Shown here: positions 1-14,288 of the stretch, one piece after another
Numbering within the stretch: position 1 is the stretch's first letter
How the letters are laid out: the number at the start of each line of letters is the position of its first letter
Assembly: GCA_002189035.1 (NCBI GenBank)
Contig: CM007989.1
Span: 868,001-932,000 of the forward strand
Direction: 5' to 3'
Length of the DNA: 64,000 bases
DNA from: Utricularia gibba
Taxonomy: Eukaryota > Plantae > Magnoliophyta
Translations under genes and position numbers: made by a program
The notes under the pieces: generated by a model
The model's database searches: none
The model's input: only the letters and a program-made list of their open reading frames with translations
Told to the model about the DNA's origin: nothing

Positions 1-839
1 CACTCCTGGGAAGGTGTGCACTTTGACACAATGCTGAATCATATTCTCGTTCTTCTACTGAGTTTGTGATAAGTTTTGTGCTTTTCATTCGCTCGCAGGT
101 GCATAAAGCTGTTGATGCTTGCAAGAATGTTCTTCGAGGTCTACACAGTAACCGAATTGCCCCTAGGGAATTGGACAGGGTGAGCTGTTCAGATTCTTTT
201 GCACCACTACCAACATAACAACTGCATGTTTCATGGATTCAACACCAAGGATAAACACATTTTAAAGCCAGATGCATATGCTCTCTTTGGCTCATATAAT
301 TACTGCTATTTGTGCGTTTGTTCCAGGCTAGGCGTACGCTCCTAATGCGACATGAGGCTGAAATCAAGTCAAACACATATTGGCTAGGCTTGATGTCTCA
401 CTTGCAGGCAGCATCCGTCCCAAAAAAGGTAGTGTCCGGTCCAGTTATAGCTAAACATGCAGCCGCCCGCATTTCATTTCCACAAATATAACATGTCCTT
501 GTACTCGCACCAGGATATTTCATGCATCAAAGATTTAACCTCTTTATACGAGGAAGCCACCATTGAAGACGTATACATTGCGTATGAGCATTTGAAGATA
601 GATGAAAATTCCTTGTTCTCCTGCATTGGAGTTGCAGGGACCCAACAGTGGATGTCAGCACAGGTGAACCCAAAATATAAGTTTTAACGTGACTGCATTA
701 TCCTTTGAGTAGTAACCCTGAAAAACGTTTTGGCATTTGTTCTGTAGCTTCTGTGATAGATGATGAAGTTGTTGACAGCCTCCAGAACACGGTTCCTTCT
801 GGTCGGGGCTCATCCACCATGACTCGGCCAACGACATGA
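1..839 (+). CDS. SPP: Chloroplast stromal processing peptidase (M16 zinc metallopeptidase), last exons only; 5' part lies outside the window
   Basis: Spliced exons (..13, 99-179, 327-~422, ~514-663, 748-839) read TPGK|VHKAVDACKNVLRGLHSNRIAPRELDR|ARRTLLMRHEAEIKSNTYWLGLMSHLQAASVPKK|DISCIKDLTSLYEEATIEDVY...|SVIDDEVVDSLQNTVPSGRGSSTMTRPTT*, matching the SPP C-terminus. One base appears to be missing near 637-648. Confidence 0.92.
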
Positions 840-2110
840 ATTACATAGGTCAATACAGAGCATGCTCATTTACTTATGCATATTCTTACGGATTTTCCCT
901 GCATCAAGAAATGGTAAAGTGCCCAATGCAGCAGCATGATGAGCAGCTCCTTGGAAGGTAGATTCTATAGGTCGATGCTTCATATCAGCAGCCATTGTCT
1001 TGATGATATGAGGTTGCCTTCACTTGATTTTTTGTTCTCATTAAGGCATCGCAGTATACATTTAGTACTTCGTATACAATATGGTTTCTTGTTCATGCTG
1101 GTTACCCTTAGGAAACTTTTTAGACCTTGTAATATGAAAATCTTGCAAGTAAACTAACTGCTCCCTTGTTGATGTTTGCTTTAAAGTATTTGGTTTCCTA
1201 TTTGATGGTTAGAGCATTATCCCCTTGGATCTAGAGGTAATCGCTTGTCCTCCAGAACAACACACCGACATTTATTCTCCAAGGAGCTGTTGAATTGTTA
1301 CGTGATGATAAATTTTAACAAAAGCTGCAGCAGGACACACGGTGTGCAAAGCCAGATATTCTTCTAAGTGTTTGCGCTTGTTTGAACCATGTTTAAGTGG
1401 CAAGTGAAACTTATAGTCATCTCCTAGCTGCTGATGTTCCGCGCAAGATCGTAAGTCAATGATGAAAGTTAGCAAATCCACAGGAGCAAGCTGAAGCAAC
1501 AGCGTTTTCAGGTCGATTTGCTGCCTGTCGAACCGGATTTGGAGTTGGATCCCTCTGCGTTTCATGACACCTTGTACTTCTCAACTTCAGCTCTTTCTTG
1601 GTCTGCAGATAGACTCATTTCCTTGATGCATTTTATCTGGTGAAGTGGGAGTTGCACGGGTTACATTCATTGAAATAGTCTATAAAGTAGCAGAGCATCC
1701 AAGGAAAAGTTTGTAGTGTTCCATGCTGTTGATCACCTGTCGAATTGGGAATACTTGCTTCAACTCCACGGTTGCCATGGTACACAAGCCCTTATCTTCT
1801 CCAACCTCACAGATGAGCCAAGCGCAAGAGAACACTTCTCTTACAGAGCTCCTGAGGCTGAGTTGAATACAATGAGAAAATGAAAAAACAGAAGCAATCC
1901 TTTTGACTCCCATGAAATCATCAACTTACCTGGAGAGTAATCAATGCGACGTTTTCTGGCAAGCCGTATGAAGAACCCATACCGCAAACTATTCTCAACT
2001 CCTGCTTCAAGAACCGAAGCCCTAAAGTTGTCCGTGTATCATGTCTGTGTAATCCGATGTTGCTCCATCTTGCATCAGTATTGCCGCCTTTCTGTAAAAT
2101 CATAGAATAA

Positions 2111-2296
2111 TAGAATGTTTAATGATTTTCGAAAATATTGACATGATTTTCTAAAAATTACTTTTATTTTTACGGAAATAATTTATTTAAATAAATTTTA
2201 TGCTACGAAAATCATTTTTAATAAATTCCATTTCCTCATGAAAACTCAATAAATTAAATCACATCATCATTTTCGAAAATCATTAAATATACTCTA
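2111..2296. mobile_element. Small AT-rich MITE-like element
   Basis: Imperfect terminal inverted repeats of ~25 bp (TAGAATGTTTAATGATTTTCGAAAAT ... ATTTTCGAAAATCATTAAATATACTCTA) around a non-coding AT-rich core. No clear target-site duplication. Confidence 0.55.
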
Positions 2297-2682
2297 ACAA
2301 CAAGATCGTGCATCATGACTCGAGTTGCCAGGAGTATCCCGCCATCCGAGCGGTGCACATAGGCCTTGTTCTTCGACATCGACACGGATCCACAATGAAT
2401 CCAGGCCCAGATATGAAAATATCTATGCAATTGGGCTTTTATTTATGCAAATACAAGCGTTAAAGAAAAGCCTCCAAAAAACAATTGAATTAGGGATCCG
2501 TTTTTACTTTCTTATATTGAGATATTTTCTGGTTACGGTTGGCTGTCTCTCTCCTCGTTCTTCCACGCGCAAGATTTCACGGAGCTGTGGGGCCCATGTA
2601 ATGCACCGAACACGTCTCCGTTCCCTCAACAGCTCGACGCTAGATTGATCATCCGGTTCCCCTTTCGCAGCTCGCGCCACCA

Positions 2683-6503
<3,821 letters not shown>

Positions 6504-7388
6504 TCTTCATTTCTGCAAGTGTAGATATACATCAACAGAAATGAAGTGGGTAATGTCTTGTGGCGTCTGTTTTTTTTTTTTTTTTCTTCTTTTTCAAATT
6601 GCTTTGTTCATTGAACAAAGACTATCGCTATTGCTGTGTTCCCATTGGTTCTCTCTATTTCCTGGACCTGTTCCTTTGGGAGAACTGCTACTCCGACTCG
6701 GTCCCGATACGTTGGTTTCTTTATTTTATTTTAAAACTATATTATACCCTTTTAGATATTTCAGGAATTTGTTTGAGTTACTTTGGTAAAGTATTTTGAT
6801 TATTATAATTAAAACTATTTTTTTCCAAAAGTATGCATGTGTGTTTTTCAGTATACGTATGTTTGAATATGCAAACAAATTGATTTTAGATAATATTTTT
6901 CATAACTAAAACGTGGGAAATATGTACGTGGAAGAAGGAAAAACGTACGTGGCTATTGGTGTATCCAGGTTTTGAAGCGTTGAAAATCAAACGTGAATTG
7001 AGTGCAAGATGTGACTTAATGCATGAGCGGTCATCGGTCAATATTGCGTGTGTTGAATCAAACGCTCGAGTTTTGAATAATGATTTCGAAATATCAATAA
7101 ATTTCATTAAAAAAAGTCACTGTTGTACACCTATTATAATGATGATTCTTTGGATGCCTAGAAATAAAATCGGCATGATACCTGATTTGTGTTCTGAAAG
7201 AATTGGTTCTGTGGACTGGGCGTTGACTTCTCCTCGGCGGAAAGTGATCAAATTTAAAGTGCATTAACTCTAGGGTTAGGTCAGCCGTCGAGAGTCGAAT
7301 CTAATTCTCAGGCCACTCACACCGCCGCTTCACCTTCACCGCGTGTGTGTAAATATGCCCGGATTCTAAAGCTGTGAGGTTCAGAGAA

Positions 7389-8100
7389 ATGGAGAAAACT
7401 ACCGCTATAGTGGAAGAAACCTACGTCTACGACCGTGAAATCCTCCTCACGGTTCACAAAACCTCCGTTTTCTTCCCTGGCGACGGCTTCATCGCCTACG
7501 ATTCCGCCGGGAAAGTAGTCTTCCGTGTCGAGTCCTACACTCCTGATGGCGGCGACGCAGGCGAAATCGTACTCATGGACGGTGCCGGGAGATGCATCCT
7601 CACGGTTCATCGCAAGGTAAGGAGATCTGGAGTTCGATGTCACCGTAACCTACGCTTCCTGATTTCGAATCATGATCCAGAGACCTAGCCTGCACCACCG
7701 GTGGAATGGATTCATAGGCGAGGGTGCGGAGGGGAAGAATCCGATCTTCAGCGTGCACCGATCCTCCATAATCGGGCGGTCGACGATCACGGTGGAGGTG
7801 TACACGGATCCGAGCGAGGAGTACCAGATTGAGGGGTCATTTGCATGCCGGAAATGCTCGCTTCTTAACAGGGACAAGGAGGCGGTGGCGGAAATCCGAC
7901 GCAAAGTGGATCCGACGACGAACGTGGTCCTCGGGAAGGATGTATTCGTGTTGCTTTTACACCCTGGATTCAACGGCGCTTTCGCCATGGGTGTGATTCT
8001 GGCGCTGGATCAGATTCACGGCGCCCCCGACGAATTGGCGCCCGCGGAGGAGCTCCTCGATACGAGTACCCTTGATCACAATCACAACCGCTGCTGCTGA
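7389..8100 (+). CDS. LURP-one-related (Tub_2 / LOR family) protein
   Basis: Exons 7389-7616 and 7681-8100: LTVHKTSVFFPGDGFIAYD...RK|RPSLHHRWNGF...VAEIRRKVD...GKDVFVL...GAFAMGVILALDQI, a typical LOR pattern. Confidence 0.93.
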
Positions 8101-8469
8101 TTTCTCTCTTTTCCCTATAATTAAAGAAAAGTAGTATTATACTTGAAACAAGCATAGATAGAATACTTACCATAATAATAAATTATTACTTAATTCTAGA
8201 CGCATATCATAAAAATAATAGTAGTCAATATTTTAAATAGTCAAACAAGACAAATCGTTTACATAGCCATCATTAGTTTTTCTTAAAACAAATTGATATT
8301 TTATTCATAAATAAATGTAGTTGAACGATTCGAATTTAAATTTATTATAATTAGTACGATTTTTTAAACATTGATATTGATATTAATATTAATATTTGCC
8401 TTTCCCTTTGTACAGAAAAGGAAATTCATGCAAATCTCGACCGTTACACAGTCAAGAAACAACAAGGGA

Positions 8470-9650
8470 TTAGGCATCGTGAGCAGAAACCAGTTCCATT
8501 CTCCCTCCACAAAACTTTGGAAGCTGATCTTCGTCTACCTCTTCACGCAGCGTCGCCTCGACGCTCTTCTCCTCGACAAAAAAAATCTGCAACGAAGAGC
8601 ATGTTGCTCTCTTCACTGTGTTTCACCACCAAAAGTACTAACTAACACACCATATTTCGGAAACCAGGAGTAAATGATCTTGCCTTGCGCGCGGTGTTTT
8701 GGTCTATAAACGGGGAAACGAGTTTCCATATGACCATGAAGATGTAGGGCGCATGGATGATGAAGCATTTCCTCAGACTCTCTGGATAGTAGTTCTGCAA
8801 GACAGGATCCAAACGGCTTATCTAGTTGTCTGTTAAGTGGAGGTGGGCAGCAACTTGGGAGGGAAACTGCTTGCCTGTAGGATTGAGAGGCAGGAAATGT
8901 ATCCTCTCGCATCGCCATTCCTGTAGGCAAACCCTTGGAGATCGACAATTACTGTGAACTTCTCCTGGCCCTCCAGAATCCTTCTGAAAAAGTTGTCAAC
9001 TCGCACTTCTATTCAAGGGTGAAAATGGCGTTTTAAGCAGGCTTACCTGGAGGACGCTTTGTCGAGAACGTAGACCACCAACTCTGAGAAAATTGATCAA
9101 ACGTTTGGTGAGCAGAAACATCTTCATTCCCATGAAAAAAAGAAAGAAAAACACTTGAACCAGACTTTTGAATTCCACAAAGGCGTCTCCTTTGCAGGGA
9201 AAATGCTTGGCCCCGAGGATCACTGCAATAGGGCAACCTAATTTGTCTCTTCCCTGAATGAATACCTTCCCCTGGGCGATCTGGTTCATGATCTCTGCTT
9301 CTGAAATGAAGCCACTGGGAACGAATTCCCGTCTCCATTTCAAGTAATCGACGAACATGGCCGCAGCCTTCGGCACATCCATATCTCGCGCTCTAAGAAA
9401 TCTTCCAAGAGTAGCGTCGTCCACCCCTGCCGCGTGCTCAGAAACAGTAGCGATGAGGACCAGGACAATCATAAACTGAAACGATACACTCAACAAGCGT
9501 TCCACTTACCTCGGAGTCGGGGTCTTTGTCGCGAACGATGCCTCGCATCAGCACAAGCTTTCTGGTCACTTCCTCTAGAAACGCAGAAGAAGAAGCAAAC
9601 ACACATTTCTCCTGCTCCGCATTTTGGGAGTGTGATGCCAGACCAAACAT
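8470..9650 (-). CDS. Small Sec14/CRAL-TRIO lipid-binding protein
   Basis: Six exons: ...LMRGIVRDKDPDSE|GVDDATLGRFLRARDMDVPKAAAMFVDYLKWR...|KLVVYVLDK...|GQEKFTVIVDLQG...CLSILQ|NYYPESLRKCFIIHAPYIF...FIDQNTARK|IFFVEEK...DQLPKFCGG...HDA*. The last two introns need GC donors. The exact start ATG is uncertain. Confidence 0.93.
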
Positions 9651-9674
9651 GGTGTTTCGATATCCTCTTGATTT

Positions 9675-9793
9675 AAGCATGTGACAAAAGGCGTAGGCTT
9701 AGTAACTCGTGGTGGACGTTGCGGCACAACATCCAACAGTTAATGCAGCGGTCGTTTGGTATCCAAGGCCAGTCGTACTCACTGGTTGAGCTT
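9675..9793 (-). ncRNA. Candidate unannotated structured ncRNA downstream of the USE-TATA promoter (alternatively the 5' UTR of the Sec14 gene)
   Basis: Predicted start ~30 nt from the TATA. Hairpins CCAGU/ACUGG (loop contains UGAG) and UGGAUGUUG/CAACGUCCA. ANANNA-like AUACCA and a terminal ACA. No resemblance to the U1/U2/U4/U5/U6 sequences I can recall. Confidence 0.3.
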
Positions 9794-9816
9794 CAATTAA
9801 TACCACATGCTTCCTC

Positions 9817-9900
9817 ATATATAAAAGAAACATCTCAGTCAAATATTATCATAATCCGATGTGGGATAAACCAAACAGCTATCATCATGCGATGTGGGAT
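9817..9900 (-). promoter_or_regulatory. Plant snRNA-type promoter: two USE elements plus TATA box at Pol II spacing
   Basis: ATCCCACATCG (consensus RTCCCACATCG) occurs on the minus strand at 9890-9900 and 9857-9867. TATATAT at 9823-9817 lies 33 nt after the proximal USE. Confidence 0.65.
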
Positions 9901-10149
9901 AAAACCATTGAACCCACTTTTACCTCCATGCTCCAAACTCTTCATTTCTTCTAGTTTTCACTGAGATACCAAAAAGAATCCCACCCATGTTTCGTAACGC
10001 ACGTATTCAAATGATAATGTTCAACAATACTGTGCTAACTTTCTAGAGTTACCAAAAGGCCCAACTCCAGTCCCATAAAGGAGATGGGCCAATTTCCCTG
10101 TAAAGGCGTACGGAACTCAGATTGGGGACATTTTGAGTGAGAGTTAATT

Positions 10150-10801
10150 GGGGAACTAGCCCTCTGCAAAAAACAAGTTTGCTGAATGATCCTATCTGTA
10201 AATTCTTGATTATTTAGCCCTACTTTTTGTAGGTATTAGCTAAATAGTCCAACTTTTAGTATAAATAAAACTATTTAATTATTGATTACAAAAAATAATA
10301 ATAGAAAATCAAATATACATTTTATATATATTTATTTATTCATTAAGTTGTATATAACTAATATATAGCTAAAAATATATATATTTAATTATATAATTTT
10401 AAAAATATAACATAATTAATTATTTAGGGAGATATTAATATATGTAATTAATTCATTATTTAAAGAAATATAAATATGTACAAATAATATAGGTGTAATT
10501 GATTAATTTTTTACATAAATATATCAATGTTATGAATATATTTGTAAATGTAGTATAATTGTAATTAATGTATTATTTAAAGAAATATATAACATATATA
10601 AATAATATAAGAGCAATTAATTTATTATTTAATAAAATATATAAACATAATGAAGATTTTATAAATAATGAACTATGCTATATAATACATAATTATATTT
10701 ACAGGTATGTATTATTAAATAATTAATTATGTTATATTTTTAAATTTATGTTTTTAACTATATATTAATTATATACAATTTAATGAATAAATAAATAAAT
10801 A

Positions 10802-10843
<42 letters not shown>

Positions 10844-11006
10844 TTGATTTTCTATTATTATTTTTCGTAATCAATAATTAATTATTTTTATTTATACTAG
10901 AAGTTGGACTATTTAACTAATAACTACAAAAAATATGACTAAATAACCAAGAATTTCTAGATAGGGTCATTCAGCAAACTTTTTTTTTGCAGAGGTCTAG
11001 TTCCCC
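10150..11006. mobile_element. Non-autonomous foldback / Mutator-like element with long terminal inverted repeats
   Basis: GGGGAACTAGCCCTCTGCAAAAAACAAGTTTGCTGAATGA... at 10150 is mirrored by ...TCATTCAGCAAACTTTTTTTTTGCAGAGGTCTAGTTCCCC ending at 11006. Inverted similarity extends over 200 bp inward. The core is AT-rich with no ORF. Confidence 0.85.
10806..10837. repeat. (TA)n microsatellite inside the right arm of the foldback element
   Basis: Direct TA run visible in the sequence. Confidence 0.9.
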
Positions 11007-11453
11007 AATTGACCCCGACTTTTGACACATTCATTCACTCATGTCTGCCTTCTCTCTTAACTCTGGATTTGGTCGGTTTTTCTTCTTCTCAATGTTGTTG
11101 TCTAATGCAAGTAGGCCATCTTAACAAACCTTGTTGGAATTTGGGCCTTTAGTCTTTACATTTTCTCTTTTTAGATTAACAAAATTAATCCAATTAAATA
11201 AAAAGAAAATATTTATTTTTTCTCCTTGAAAATCGTGAATACCCTTCAAATAATCTTATAAAAAGCAAATTAAATCTAAATAATATTATATCTTCATGTG
11301 TGTATATATCTTTATCTTCAAGATCATGTAATGGATGTTGGACTCAGCTATCACGTCATTAAGACTTTTTTAAAATAAATCAAATTAATGTAAAATATAT
11401 AAAAAGTAATGAGAAATTAAATTATTAAAATAACTGGGACAGGGTAGAAGGAG

Positions 11454-11481
11454 ACGTGTCCTTTCTGTGTGTAGACGTGTC
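11454..11481 (+). promoter_or_regulatory. Pair of ABRE-like ACGTGTC motifs ~250 bp upstream of the ATP-Mg/Pi carrier
   Basis: AGACGTGTCC occurs twice, 21 bp apart. Function is untested. Confidence 0.35.
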
Positions 11482-11730
11482 CGGAACTAAGGGCCTGCGT
11501 ATATGTAACTAATGCGGCAGTAATTTATAATATTTTATTTATAAAAATAATCGTATAAATAATTAGGTAATTTTTTTCAAAAGCCATATTTATTACCAAA
11601 AAAGAGGAAGAAATTCCGGGTACGCACCAGAATGTATAAATAATCCCGATTCCCGTGATTGTCGTGTGAGTCCAAGTTTGATTTTTTTCCCCCCTCTGTG
11701 TTTTATGTGATTTTGTTTCATGATCGCTTG

Positions 11731-13769
11731 ATGTCTACTGGAGTCGAGGCGCGTGGGAATTTCTCGGCGCCGGCGGCCGTGGCAAGGGCAGCGGAGGGGG
11801 ATGTGCAGGCTGCGGGGCCCACCGGGGGTTATGCTCCGGCGAAGAAAGCGGGGGTGCCGTATCGCTGGAACACGTCCTCTGCGCCTTGCGAGAGACGAAG
11901 GAGGTTAGGGAAACGAGGATTCGGGGTTTATTCAGTTTTTTCGATTCCAACAACGGGGGGTATTTAGATTCAGTTCAGATCGAGGAGGGGCTTTCGGCGA
12001 TGGAGATTCCGGCGGATTATAAGTTTGCGAAGGAGTTGTTGAGAGTGTGCGATGCGAATCGAGATGGGAAGGTTGATTATCAGGAGTTTAGGAAGTACAT
12101 GGATGATAAGGAGCTTGAACTGTATAGAATTTTTCAGGCTATTGATGTGGAGCACAATGGGTGCATTTTGCCTGAAGAGTTGATGGCTGCGCTTGTCAAA
12201 GCTGGTATTGTTCTTTATTTATGGATTTAATGCCCTGTTCCTTTATTGGATTCAATGGTATCAGCAATTTGGCGATCATAATAGCTCTGAGGATTTTAAG
12301 TGGAGGACTTTGATGTTTATTTGTGCTTGTTTTTAACTGCAAGAGATAAATATGCTTTCTTTATCTTATAAGTCATGCAGTTCACTTCTCCAGGGATTGA
12401 AATTGATGATACGGAGCTCGCCAGCTTTGTTGAGTATGTTGATAAGGACAAGAACGGGATCATTACTTTCGAGGACTGGAGAGATTTTCTACTGTTCTAT
12501 CCACACGAGGTCACAATAGAAAACATATATCGATATTGGGAGAGGGTGTATCTTGTAGATATTGGTGAGCAGGCCGTCATTCCTGATGGTGTCAGCAAGC
12601 ATGTTCATGCATCAAGATATCTAATTGCAGGTGGAGTTGCCGGAGCTGCATCTCGTACTGCTACTGCACCCCTTGATCGTTTGAAGGTGATCTTACAAGT
12701 TCAGACCTCTCGAGCTCACATTGGTGGAGCAGTAAAACGCATTTGGATGGAAGGTGGTGCTTTAGGTTTCTTTAGAGGTAATGGGATAAATGTGCTCAAG
12801 GTTGCACCTGAAAGTGCCATTAAGTTTTATACATATGAAAAGTTGAAAGGTATCATCGGAGATGATAAAGGAGACATTGGAACATCAGGGAGACTTGTGG
12901 CAGGTGGACTTGCCGGAGCAGTTGCACAGGCTTCCATTTATCCTATGGATCTTGTGAAAACGCGGTTGCAAACATTTGGGTGTGAACAAGGGAATGTTCC
13001 TCCAAGTATTTTTAAATTGTCCAAAGACATAATGCTTCAGGAGGGGCCTCGGGCCTTTTACCGAGGGCTAGTGCCCTCACTTCTAGGCATTATACCATAT
13101 GCAGGGATCGACTTAGCTGCATATGAGACATTGAAGGATATGACGAAGAAGTACCTTATTCATGATGGTGGTATGATTCTCGACAATTGCATATACAGTT
13201 GTCAATGAATTTTGGAACATGCTATATGTGATGTGTATACGTTATGCAGAACCTGGCCCTCTTGTGCAACTGAGCTGTGGTACAGTCTCTGGAGCCCTCG
13301 GAGCAACATGTGTTTACCCTCTTCAGTTGGTTAGAACAAGGTAACTAATTCCTGGTCTTTGAGAAAAGGAATGCTGCTCACAGGATTTGTGCATGATATT
13401 TCTCTCTTGTCTGATGTTATTATTGGAAATCAAGTCATCGCCTCTGCGATACCCTGATGTCTCTACTAGTTTTTTTTTTTTTTTAAGTAACCTAAGTGTT
13501 CTGGACTTTATTTCTAACTTTCAAAAAGAAAAATAAGCTACTAGAAGCCCGGAATACCTACTAATGGAACAACGTTTTTCAGAATGCAAGCTGAGAGTGG
13601 TGCTGCATCTTACAGTAGCATGTCTGATGTATTTCTGAGAACTTACAAAGTTGAAGGCCTACGTGGATTCTACAAGGGACTCTTCCCAAATCTTCTTAAA
13701 GTAGTCCCGGCCGCGAGTATCACATATCTAGTTTATGAGACGATGAAAAAGAGTCTGGATCTCAGTTAG
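11731..13769 (+). CDS. APC: Ca2+-regulated mitochondrial ATP-Mg/Pi carrier (EF-hands plus three mitochondrial carrier repeats)
   Basis: [28 protein letters not shown]; EF-hands [13 protein letters not shown] and [13 protein letters not shown]; carrier motifs [33 protein letters not shown]; ends [11 protein letters not shown]. One base appears to be missing at ~11859. Confidence 0.95.
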
Positions 13770-14140
13770 ACCCTGATCACAATGCAAGCCATTCACATGA
13801 AGCGGGTGATGATGATATTTCTATTTTTCCTAGTAATTATTTATCTGGTTTTCTCATCACTTGTGTGATGATGCATCAGATTTTGATCATCTCTGTGCAG
13901 GAGATGAACTGACCTATTGGTTTTAGTACACTTGATTGAAATAGTGACGAATACTTAAGTTTTGGAGTCTGTAGAGAGAGCATTTTTGAACTTAGCCGGA
14001 CTGTTAATATGTTTCAGTTCCAGCATTTCTGGATACTTGAGAATCATAGTAAACTAGAACCATTCTCGAAATTTTTTCAACATTTTTGAAAAGAGAAGTT
14101 ACAGAGAAAGAGTGTACACATTGTGTTCCATATAAGTGAC

Positions 14141-14225
14141 ATTTGATATTTCATAGGGCATTCAAAGAATTTGGAGAGCATTGAACTATGTATTGGATTT
14201 GATATTTCATAGGGTATTCAAAGAA
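14141..14225. repeat. 29-bp direct repeat (1 mismatch, 56-bp period) between the convergent APC and CER3 3' ends
   Basis: ATTTGATATTTCATAGGG(C/T)ATTCAAAGAA at 14141-14169 and 14197-14225. Confidence 0.8.
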
Positions 14226-14288
14226 ATACAGTCGAAATCGTGTACTAAAGAAACCACTTGTTCAGGAAAAAAATCAAGGTAATGGATT

